Assembly: GCA_000708835.1 (NCBI GenBank)
Contig: DF236974.1
Span: 236,626 to 300,625, forward strand
From: Klebsormidium nitens
Taxonomy: Eukaryota > Plantae > Klebsormidiophyceae
DNA length: 64,000 nucleotides
Reading direction: 5' to 3'
Shown piece by piece: positions 11,862-23,800 of this stretch; the first letter of the stretch is position 1; each line of letters starts with the position of its first letter. The position numbers and the translations under genes are program-made. Under the pieces are notes generated by a model that saw only the letters and a program-made list of their open reading frames with translations, did not search any database and was not told the DNA's origin.

Positions 11862-14800
11862 ATGGCGGGCGCCTATCTGTACAGCTCTATCCAGAGGGAC
11901 TTCACGCCGGTGGTGATGGTCCTGTCCACTGACAAGGCGGAGGCGACGTGCCAGCGCAACGGGCTCAGCTTTGTGGACTTGATCCGCCCTTTCAGCGTCC
12001 TCCAGCAGATCAATGGTGAGCTTTTGGCCTTCTTCATACTCTGAGCGTCCTGCAGCGAATCAGGGGTGAAGTTCGCCACCGCCGCATATGGGGGGGTGCG
12101 GCTTCACCGCCAGCGTTTGTTTCCTGCGCGCATTGCTGATGAACGCAGCAATGTGGACACCTGTGTGCAGGGAGCTAGTAATCACATAAAGTCTCTTGCG
12201 TATGTTCCACTGTTGAACAATAAAATCATTTGTTGTCTTGGCCATCCTCTTTGGAACGTCGTTGAATGTCTTTTGTTACTGTGCACGTTGTAAGGACGTG
12301 CCTGGCTGTTTTGTATGCACCCGCTGATGAATCTTATCTTGAAAGAGCAATGCACAGCTGTTCCCTTCTTGTCCTACATCGGTGCACTTCGAAAAGGTGG
12401 CAGACGACCCCGTTGTGCTCATAGCCTTCGGTCGTCTGCTGGTAGATCCCTTCAATCTGTGATTGAGGTCATTGCTTGCCTGATGCAACTTTCGTGAAGA
12501 AGGGGCATTCGTTTGGCCCCCTGAAGATCCTCATTCTCGTTCTGCTGTGCCCCACCATCGCAGAGTTTTGGAAACTTGATTAGTAACTCATCAGCAGAAG
12601 GGCTGTAATGCAAACAAGTGTCCACATTCCTTTTTCCGGTAAGCTGGTGGATAAGTTCTCTTAACTGACCCCCACATACTTCCGTGCAGTCCCAGTGCGC
12701 ACCGCCAGCGAACAGCCATACCGCATCCAAGACTTTCAGCTGCGCATCTTCCATGCCTCAGAAATCAGGCAGCCCAGCGCTGATGTGAGTTCGGCTGGTT
12801 GTGGATCGTTTCAGATGCTGCGACGAGAAGATGATGGCTTCTCAGGTCCAGTGTGCAATATGCTTAGGGTGTAGTAACGGACGGCTGAGAACTTAGTTCT
12901 CGTTCTCATCAGTTTTTGGGTAATTCTATTCCAGCTGAATATGAATGTTTACGTGGGGGACTCATGGGGCGCAGTCGACAATAGGGCTTATTGCCGGCGT
13001 CTCTTCAAGGAGACTCACAGGTTCAGTGGTCCAACATCAAAGATACGCGATATTATCAACGCGTAGTAACGCGTTGATAATGAGTCAGGCATATTTTTAT
13101 GCCTGACGTCCACGGTTTTGTATGTGAGTACCTGGAGTACTCGTGTCCCCATCTTCTGCATGCACTAAGCTTAGGGGCGGGGCCAACTCCAACGCCCCTT
13201 ATCGACCTGGATAAGACCTCGAAGATGCTAGCACGACCGGTCCTAAAAGGATTGGAGCCTTGGCATTTGCTCCGTGTGAACCCAACACTCTTTGAGATGC
13301 GCTGATTCGAGGACGGGCCAACCGAAAATTTGACATCTGGTGCTTCAGGCGGCAGAGGAGTACCTCGCCCAGATCGTGTCGTCCTCGAGCGAGGCCGCCG
13401 CGGCAGAGTTGAAAGGGGACCCCAAGGATCTGAACACCGTTCTCTCCAGTAAGTCCTACATAAACGGTCAGCAGTAGATCTGTTGAGTTCCGTGCAGTCA
13501 CGTTTTCCAGATTTCAGCAATCCGCTGCCTGGACCGTATCGTCCTCTGTTAATTCCCTAGCTGCTGGCATTTCCAGAACTGGCCCAGTACTGAGAGCGAA
13601 GATATTCTGGAGGATCTCCGGACGCAACAGACGCACCCCTCGCTTTTTCTAGCGTTCCGTCATTCTATGCACTTCGGATGACACGTACGAGAAACGTCCT
13701 TTGATGCAACGCCATCTTCCTCTCCTCCTTTCTCAGTGACAATGTCAAATGCCCTGCTTTGGTATTCACGCTCCTTGTTGCAGGCTCCCCTGTGGCTTTG
13801 CATTTCTGTGAACAGAGCTCCAGTTTTCAAGACCTCTGGTCGTTTTGGTTCGTAGGACTCTCCTTCAGCTGACCTATAGCTTCCCGGCCATCATACGCTG
13901 GCTCTCAGAATATAATCCTCAAGACCGTGAAGACCGAAGCCGTTATGATCTCTGCAGTGGCCAACAGCGACTCCCCGGGGCACTGTCACGGGCGCTACTT
14001 TTTGAGCACGAGGCGGTGGACCACTCAGTGTCGTGCCAGTACTCAATTCAAACGTAACACTCACGGCAATGGATACTGAGGACGTTATGCTCTCTGCAGT
14101 GGCCAACAGCGACCCCCCCGGGCACTGGTTCCGGCACTACTACCGCGAGCTCGTGCGCGTGCGCCGACAATCTTGGATCTTATGGCGGTGACCACCCGGT
14201 CGTGTGCCCACCTCTCAAACCGACGAACGTAACACTTAAGCTACGAACACTAAGTACGTTACGTTTCTGCAGTGGCCAACAGCGACCCCCCCGGGCACTG
14301 GTACCGGCGCTACTTCCGCGAGCTCGCGCGCGCGCTCGCGTTTTCGGAGCATGAGGCGGTGGACCACCCGGTCGCGTGCCTGCTGGTCGTCCCGTCCTCC
14401 GCGGAAGACCCGATCAACACGTTCGTGGACTTATACAACACGGAGCAGCTGCCGCCGCTCTTCAACGAGCAGCTCATGGACCCCAAGATCGTGAAGCATT
14501 TCGTGCTGCTGCATGACGGCCAGACGGGGGACCTCGCCAGGTGAGAGACGGAGGGCAGTGTGTTGAAGGTCCGGAGAGTCGTTTATAGTTGGATATAGGC
14601 GTACTTATCGCTGGTGTTTGAGAAACGGTTTCGAAGAGGTACCTTCCATCGTCAAGCACTTCGTAAGTTTTGAAGTATCAGAAGTGACCTCAGAAGATGG
14701 AGGGGGCGAGAACTGATTTCCTTGCTAGGGCTGTGACTGGCGGAAGAGTTGCCTTCCTTTCATCGAAGCAACGAAGCAAGACCGTGTGTTGAAATGGTTG

Positions 14801-17800
14801 TAGGAATTTCTTTGGCGAGCCAGAAACTGCATGAGCGGGTGCGGCAAGTGCATCTGCGTTGGCTTTGCTTTCTGCCGGATGGCAAATATCGTCTATGCAT
14901 CGGAGCTCTTTACTTAGTGCTGATATTGTCTTCCAATCACAAGTACTCCCTGTTTCGGATGTTGGACGCCGCTGCGTACTCTTGACAGAAACATGCTTGG
15001 AGTTCCGACAACCCGCACAACTAACCTGCCTGCCGCTCGAACTTCATTTTGATCTCGCCGTCGAACGCTCTCAGGGCGGAAACGATCCTGGCCTCGATGC
15101 GCGGCACATTCGGCGCCGACGCCTGCCGACTGCTCCAGATCAACACCGGCCGGTGGCCCGGCACTCCCCCTCCCCCCGACGTCTGGTCGGCGCACCGGCT
15201 GCCCCGCATCGGAGCCCCCCCAAAACAAAACCCCCCCGGCAAAACCGGGCCCCCGAAAGAGCAGCCGCTGGGGGGGGAACTGTCGAATGAAGACATAGGG
15301 GGGTTGCGGGATTTTGTTGCCGATCTGGCGGTGAAGCAGATCATCCCGCAGATGGAGCAGAAGATACGCGCGCTCAACCACACGGTGAGGGGCGCGAGTT
15401 GCTCGCGCGTTTTGCTCTCGCTTGCCAATGTTCGAGTCTCATTAAGGAGTGTAACAAGGCACTTTCCGAGCCCGAAGGCCCCTCGCTCCTGCCGACACTG
15501 ACATGTTTCGCGGTGATGCAAGTTCTGTAACTTTGAGAAGCTTCCCGAAAGGTTGCAGCTTTTTGTTGCATGGTGCTGACGAGTTCATGAGCTTCTTGCG
15601 GACCGGTGTAGCTACTTCGATAGGCTCTTCTTGACAGGCAGGTAGTTGCCAAGTCCGATTGGCGGTAATAAGTTGAAACTGAAATGCACTGTGCATCGCT
15701 GAGCTTTTACCGTTCCTTCGATCATTGTCAAATTCAAGCGCTTCCCAGACGAATCGCAAAAAACGAGCTGAGATACGGATCGAGCGTCACATCTCGTCGA
15801 ACGTCTCTGCCGTTTGTCTGTATGTGAGCCCAACATACTAGAGGATGAAGAAGCAGCTCAAAACCTTTGGATTTGCGGCCGCTCGCAACTGTCGAAGCAG
15901 CCACTGCCTCGAAATCTTCGCACTGTTCAAATACACATACTTCTCCGGCCTTCTTTTCCTCGTTGAGAAAGAACACCAATGGCAAAGCTACCGTCGCCAA
16001 GAAAGAGACTAGCAAGCCAATGATTGCTCAACATCGGCAAAGGCTGAACCTCCACCTTGCCTTTAAAGCCTTGATTGACTTCTCCGGCCTTGTCTGCCCA
16101 GGTGAGCGCGACGCGCAAGGGCCTGAAGAACCAGCTGAAGAACTTTTGGTTCAGCGGCGTCAAGCGTCAAGACAGCCTGGAGGTGAGCCGCACGGAGGAC
16201 GGGCAGTACCCGCACACCAGCACCGAGGCGCAGATCCGGCTTCTCGGCGACCTGGCATTCATGCTGCGAGACTACGAGCTCGCCCTCTCAAACTACCGAC
16301 TGCTGGCCGGCGATTTCCGGGGGGACAAGGCGTGGAAGCACCTCGCGGGCACGCTGGTGAGATACGGCATACGCTGTGGAATCGCTCCTCATTACGACAT
16401 TTTGGTGTCCTAAAGTTCACCTTCCAGCTCGAAGTACGACGATAGCGTGGCGCCGCATGTAAAAGAAATGAGCCAGTCACGAAGTCGATTGTGAGCCTGT
16501 TTAAGATGCCCACTGCGCCTTTGTCGACAGTGGTAGCGCCTATGACGATGTCGAGTCAGCAACCAGGCAAAACCGGAGAGAATGGTCGATCCCGCTTTTA
16601 GCCGATGCCATTATTAGCTTCCACTTCCGTCATGCTCCGCCCCCTGTTCGTGCGTGTGAGACCCGTTTGCACCGCCCTGACTCATCTCGTTCCTTGATTG
16701 GCCTGTGCGTAGATAATTTCGTTCATCACCTTGATTATCTACCAGGATCTCCTGCCCGGCCTCTGTCAACTCAAAGCCCCCAAGGCACGTACCTTTCCGG
16801 CTGTCTGTTTATCCTCTTTAATGCCAAACCAGACATCCTTCTCCTTCCCTGCAGGAAATGACGGGCCTGTGCATGTTCATGCTGAACCAAGCCCCCCGCG
16901 AGGCCGAGTCGTCCCTCGAGGGCGCCTACCAGGCGTACATCCGGAGCGGCACAGGGGGGCTGCGTTTCGCCACCCGGGCGGTCTACTGGCTCGGCGAGAT
17001 CTACAAAGCCCGGGGGATGTTCCGAGAGGCGGCGGCGGTGCTCGTGAGGACGTCGCAGGAGGTGAGGGGCTGGCGATGCAAGGATTGTTTTTGCAAAGTC
17101 CAGAAGAATCTTTGGCAGCGAGGACAGAAACCTGGAAATACTTTCTGGTCTTCTTTCGATTCACGTTTGGTTGGTCTTGTGAACCTTACCACCGATGGCT
17201 TGGAATTTCGGTCCTGGTTTTACAAGCGAGTTCGAGTTGCGAGGTATAGGCTTCCCGTCTCGAATATGAAACTGCGAGCACATTTTTGTGAGCTGCAACA
17301 TCCGTTGCCTTGTGCTTCGAGTCCTTCGTCATTGTCCCTTGCGCTTCATTTGGATCCCAGTCGTCTTGGGCGGTCGGACCAGGAATGGTGCTGAAGGACG
17401 CGGTCAGTCTCTCTGCTTCGCTGGAGGGACCCCTCAGCAACCTTTCACATCCCAACAACCAGTACACTTCCCTCTACACAGTACTGATTATCCAAAAGAA
17501 ACTCAACAACCATTGACTTTACCGACAATGGCTGACTTTCCTGACCGTCACCCGTGCTGCGCCGCGTGCAGGAGCAGAACCTGCGCGCTGCGATGCTTCT
17601 GGAGCAGTCGGCGCTGTGCTACCTGCGGAGCGCCCCCCCCATGTGGCGCAAGTTCGGGTTCAACATGGTGCTCGCGGGGCACCGATACAACCAGGGCCTG
17701 CAGGTGTGCCGACGGTCGCTCGCTTTGTTTGCTACAATTGTCCCCAATCATGGGCCCTTCAGGCTCTTGTTGAAGCCTAGCAAGTGCGGCAGCCAAAGGA

Positions 17801-20800
17801 TGACTTCAGCATCCACCATTTTAGGAGGTTCAGCCGCACATTTCGAGAGGAAGCTAGCAAACATTCACACGATTCGGCACTCTTTGACTAACAATAACCG
17901 CTGTCGCGACTTTGGTAGCTGGGTGGCGTTGAAGGTTATCAATGCAATTTTTTCTTCAAGTTTTTGTGCCTTCCTTGGTGTGCCTGAAACGAAATGGCGC
18001 GGTGGGCCGACGTTGCGCACTGGTGTTCACCAGGACGGCCAAAGTTGTAGACTTCGTACAAGGGTTGCCCAAAAGTGACATCAATCCAGATAACATGTGT
18101 TGGCGACATTGATACTATTACGTGAGGCTGCCCATTCCGAGTCCCTGAAGCAAAGCATGTTTCAGAGTTCGTGATGACCACTCTCCTGACAGAAGGGTCG
18201 GGAACGACTTTTGTTGGCGCACTTTCCGCCCGGCCATGACAAGTATTCTAGATTTCATCCTCGCCTCTTCGGCATACCCTCTCGTTCACCGGACAATGTT
18301 GCCGCTTTCTAGCAGACGCTGTGTCCGGTACCCTCGTAGGGGAAGAATTATCCCTTTCCTGGTGAGTATATGTGAAAGGCATTCTCAATTTTTCTGCCGC
18401 TTTGGGCCACGGTATCTGCTGGTTATGGACATTCTTGGGTTCTCTTCAGGAAATCGGCAGCTATGATATTCAATCGGAAGCCCCCTCTTCACAATTTACG
18501 AAAGTCTCTGCATGTCCTTTTCCTTACGACCTTGGGACGTTGAATCTTGCGTTTCACTTTGCCTCGCAAGACAAAACTGCCCCCTTTCACGCAAGTTTTA
18601 AGATACTTCAGAGTGTGGCTGAATCGCACACTCTTCCTTGAAGCTCACCTGTCGCCCTCCTCTCCCCCCACAGCGCGCGCACGCCCAGCGCGCCTACCAG
18701 TGTGTTCTCGGCGTCTACGAGGGCCGCGGCTGGGCCTACATCAGCGACCACGTGCACTTTGCGCTGGGGCGCATCAGCGCGCACCTCAACGACTTCCACG
18801 CCGCGGCCGCCTACTTTTCTCATCTGCTCACGTGCGCGCACCAGTCGCCTGCAGCGCAGGCCACCTTCCTGCGCGAGTTCCTCTACGTGGTGCAGGTGAG
18901 GGGATGATTGTTTTGACGACGATTGTTTTGACGACATTTCTGTCGGATTACGGGAGAGGTTTCTCGAGGAATCTGGGGATCAGGCGATCTAACCTTTTGG
19001 CCCTCGGGCGATTTGGCAACTCGCCTTTGTGCTTTCTTCCGACTTCCACTCAAATTGGAGTTTAATGCTCTGAGTGGCAAAGTTGGAAAGACTGCTGCAG
19101 AGGACTAGTTTTCTCTTTGTGCTTTGGTGCTTGCTGTCCCATTCCGCACATGCTGTTTCATGGTTGTTGTGTCCTCACGAAGATGCAACCATATGTTCGT
19201 CCCCGGACAGTTGACCTTTTGTGCCGTGAAGATTTGGCCGGGCAATTGCAACGTGTGGTTGCGATGTGTAAGACGAAGCTGGATCTGTCGTTCAGCCACC
19301 GTATTTTGATTCTAACTGGAGAGCGCCAGCTGTCAAGCTGCCAGTAGCTGCGATAGCAAGCAGGCAAGTTTTGCCCGTGACGGTGATCAAGTTCCGCCGT
19401 GTTCTGGCGGCTCGGCGCCGGAAGTCGAGTCTCAAAATTCCGACCGTCCGATACGAGTTTTGCGGCGATCGAGCGGGTTTTGAAGTTTTGGTCCAGTCGA
19501 CCCACGACGCGTGAGTTCGTCGGTCGAGTACATAAACCCGCTTCGTCCGCCTTTGAATTCATACCTTTCTCGGCCTTTTGGCTAAGATCAAGTGTAGTAT
19601 CTGTTCTAATTAGTTTAATCGCTAATTTCTAACTCATTGAGTTAGATGTGATTAACCTTATTTTTCGGGGCGGATGACCAATGGGCAGTTTACTGCTCGG
19701 TCATCCAGAGTGCGCATGGTATTGCACTACCTCCTTGCAGCGCTCAGCCCACAAACCCCGAAAGGGGTCACCACCAACCACTCCTCAACTCTCCTTCCCA
19801 CTACCAAACCCACAAACCCCAACCCTAGGTTAACTCAATCAATCGTCCTCCTAATCCATCACACACAGGCCCCTAAGTCTACAACATTTTAACCCCATCC
19901 AAAACCACTGTGCTACCAATCACAAACTTCAAAGCCCATCAACTCCTACTTCTCTAGACCCTTCCACATTACTCAATGCTGAGCCTCAAATCCGAACTGC
20001 TCATGTCACTACCAACTTATCCTTGTTACATTGACTCCACATCTATGACATCTTGCTCACCACAGCCAAAAACCAATTTATATCCAACATATCATGGACA
20101 TTCTGAAATGGTTTGAAGGTATCAAGTCTTCTTGAGTATTCTTACTCATAAGTTTCTTCATAAGTCTATCCTCAACTTTGCAAAGTTTCTACCGAAGAAA
20201 CTGGTCCCAGAAAGATTCGCCACCTGCGTACCCCTTCCCTCAGACTTCGATGTAATCTTGAGATCTGCTTGAGTGGAGCAATCACCACTTTCGGTGCAGG
20301 CCTTTCTTCTGCACAAGCCCTTTATTTTCACCCTCCGGATCTTTGTCCCTCCATCTGTCATCACGGCACCATTAATCATGATCTGTTACTACAGAATGTG
20401 TTACCACAGAATGTTGCCGATTGTGGATGTCTTTTGACTGGGCCATCCAGTGGAAGAGGCTAATTTGTCTTGGAAAGAAGTGGACTGTGTGCCATGAAAG
20501 CTTGCACACCTTTCTTCTTTTCATATCAGACTTGTAAGAATGAATTTCATACTTCAAGGGCCTGTGCCTTCATCAGATCGGCTTTGAGCAACTTCGTGTT
20601 GCAGAAGATCTGGCTGGAGATCCGACAACCACTTTGTTTCTGTGGAAAAGTGGACAATCTGGTCTTCCAAACCGGTGTGAAGGGGTTTCCGAGGAGTGCA
20701 ACTCAACGCTTTACAGCAAAGCGAGCGGAGAACAGTTGGAGAAGTCGTATGCAGAGCGACCCAACATCGAACTCTCTCTGATGGAATTTCAGAGAAGCAT

Positions 20801-23800
20801 CTGCTTCACAAGAAGAAGAATGAATGCCTCGAAGCTTCCCCGAAAAAGTACACAGACCTTGCTTTCTTTTTGGTACAGGCTGTGGACTTGGGCGTCCCGC
20901 TGAGCTTAGACTTGCCCACTGTACATATCGACAGCTACCGGGTGCACTTCGAGGACCACCGGACCTACTCCTCCCAAGCAGCGGTGAGCACTCAATAAAG
21001 CCCCGCCCTAGTTGGGTCATGAAGCCCTCACAACCCCTCTCACGCTTTGATTAGATAGGTAAGTGCCTACTTTTGTCCAGGGCAGTACTTCGAGAGATGC
21101 CGCAGTTGGTTTCGCGTGGAGCGTTGGCCGCAAGGTGCTTTATCAGGTCGACGGTTGGAATTCTCGTCACGCTTTTGCGTCACTTGCTTTGGATGACACT
21201 CCCAGCTTTAAATTCAGTTTTTTTCTATGAAGCGACAAAGACGGGCCCACAGATCAGCGCACAAACAGTTGCATCTCTTCGATAGTTCTGTTTTGAATCA
21301 TGCCGGGCAACCTGATTTGCAAGGCTTCCCGAGTACAAAGTTCGCTTTCCCTAAGTATATTGACTGCGGAGTTAAAATGGTTTCTGATGCAAACAGCACA
21401 GAAGCTGGGGGTTCAACTTTGCAGGCGGAGGTTCCGGAGCGTGTCTGGACGTCTTTGGAGGAGGGCCTGGTTCCGACGACCAACGTTGTGATGCAGACGT
21501 GGATGGACCGGCCCGCCAGGGGCGCGCACAAGGACACGCCCGTGCCCACAAACACGTGCTGCGTAGACGGTGAGCCGATCTGGGCTCGCCGGGCAGGGTT
21601 TTGGTTAATTGTATGAGAGCGGAGTTGATACTGGATTGGAGCTTTATAAAAAAGATTACACAGCGTGCTCTGGAAAGCCTGAATTTGAAGTAGGACAGTA
21701 GCCGGCAGTCTTTGTTGTGCCTGGGACATGGCGCATTGGAAGGCATCAACTCGAGCATACGCCAAGGCTTCAAACGGTTTCTGCGTCTCCTGGAGTCAAT
21801 TGGCCTCTCTTACAGTCAATCCGACGTTTTGAGGGTGCCCCTGTTTGAGCTCGAGAAATGATAAGGCCGCTGGCGTTTGATGCTTCAAAGTATGATTGAG
21901 CATCTTCGCTCTTTCATTTGCAGTGCAGACAGCTGCCGATCGTCGTGTGTGTTTCCCTAATGGAACGGTGCTGTTGACGAGGGTTTGCCGACTCCTAGTG
22001 GAACAGTTCTGTTGACGAGGGTTTGCCGACTGCCCACGAAAGGCCTTTTTCGGCGTTCTCTGACGTCACTTTGGCATCATTCAAGTCCAACTCTCTTCCC
22101 TTCCTGCAGAGGACATCACGGTCGACGTCGAGTTCAGCAACCCGCTGCAGCTGGAGTTGAACATCTCGTGCGCGCGCCTTGTGTGCGAGTGGGGCCCTGA
22201 CAGCGGGGCGAAGAACGCGCCCATCCCCCGGACGTCCAGCGTGCCTGCCATGGACGATCGCACCAGCGACAGGTGGGCCGTACGGGATAACTTTACGAGT
22301 GCACTCAAAAAGAGAGAAGCGTACAATCCAGGCAACATGTTCTTGTCGATTCTGAGACTCCCTCTTTGGGACGTAGGGATATAGGTAGGGTGGGTTTTCA
22401 TGTGGCAAATTGATTGTTTAGTTAGGCGTGTCGGGTCTCGGAATCAGATCTTGTATTACGTTTTTCAGGCTCTGGCTCTTCTCGATGTTGCGGTATTGGC
22501 GGAGCTTTCTGGTTGGGGGCCGTTTCAGTACCGCTCAACGATTATGACGTTGCGTTTCCCTGACGGTTTCGCTTTCGCCTTTATTGCTTTCATTGCCTCC
22601 ATTTGGTCACTAACAAGCGTCAGAGTGTCATACTGCGGCAGCGGCCGATCGTAAGTACTTTCCTTTGCAGCGGCGGCTCTTCTCCCGCAGACGCCGTTCC
22701 CCCTCCCCTGAACCGCCACCGTGGCCACGACCCCCGCGTCTCGTCCACGGGATCCCTCTTCAACCACGACGGCCTGCTGACGTCACCCGACGCCCCCGCG
22801 CGCCGTCCCGAGGACCTCCAGACCCGTGATGACGTGGCAGTGGGCACCCGGGACGCTTCCCTGGAAGACGGCGATGCCGACGAGGACGATTCGGTCGCGC
22901 CCGGGGAAGCCTACCGGGTGGTCGAAGAAGTTTTTACGCTGCGGGGGGGGGAGAGGACTGTCGTACGGATGACGGTTCGGCCGCTGCGGGGGGGGGTGTT
23001 GAGAGTCGTCGGCGTGGAGTGGGTGCTGAATAACATCGCCCAGGGGAGGAAGGACTTCCCGGTCCGAGTGCCAAAGAAGAAGCGGAAGGGGGGCCGGCCG
23101 GATAAGGAGTACCCGCCGCACACGCGGCTCGGGTTCAAGGTCATCGGGAAGATGCCGAAGCTGCAGGTGAGGGGCAGAGGATTGAGAGCGTTGTCAAAAC
23201 ACGGGGGGTTGTTAGTTTCTTGATTGGGGTTGAGGAATCCATCAAGTTCATGTTGCATCTGCTGGCTCGCTTGCGCTGGTCAGCTGCAGAAAGCACCTTA
23301 TCCATATTCCCGTTAACCATATTCACCTCGTATACCACTGCCAGAGAACTAGAGCCGCCCAAGCAGTTGCAGCCACAGCGAGCCGCGTCACCTGGCCCTG
23401 CACTAGCCCAGTAACTCTGCGACCGTCGCTCTAATAGCTCCGAGTCTTTTACAAGCCTCACAACCTCAACAGCTCAAACTCTGAATCCCGTTGTTTCCCG
23501 TTATTCACTTTCTTCCATGTGACGATGCACCAGCTGCCAGAGACGCTCCATCACGGAGAGCCGCGGCGGCTGGTCCTGCAGCTGTCCGAGTTTACATTTG
23601 TTCCCCGGATAGATTTCAAAATTTCAAACGACCAAAAATGGAAATTCTAAATCTCCAGTTTCCTTTGTCCGCCAGGTGACGATGCACCAGCTGCCGGAGA
23701 CGCTGCACCACGGCGAGCTGCGGCGGCTGGTCCTGGAGCTGTCCAACGCTGGGACGGTCCCCCTGGAAAAGCTGAAGCTGCGCACGAGCCACCCCGCCTT

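Noticed and set aside
19700-19780. Resemblance to an HDV-like ribozyme (catgg..acctccttgc, GAAA hairpin)
   Set aside because: P3 and P2 pairings cannot be formed, and the sequence is explained as U2 stem-loop IV.
21960-22032. 39-bp intronic tandem duplication, plus micro-duplications near 18905, 20385, 58130 and 59160
   Set aside because: Ordinary slippage-scale repeats; they only support a generally high duplication rate.
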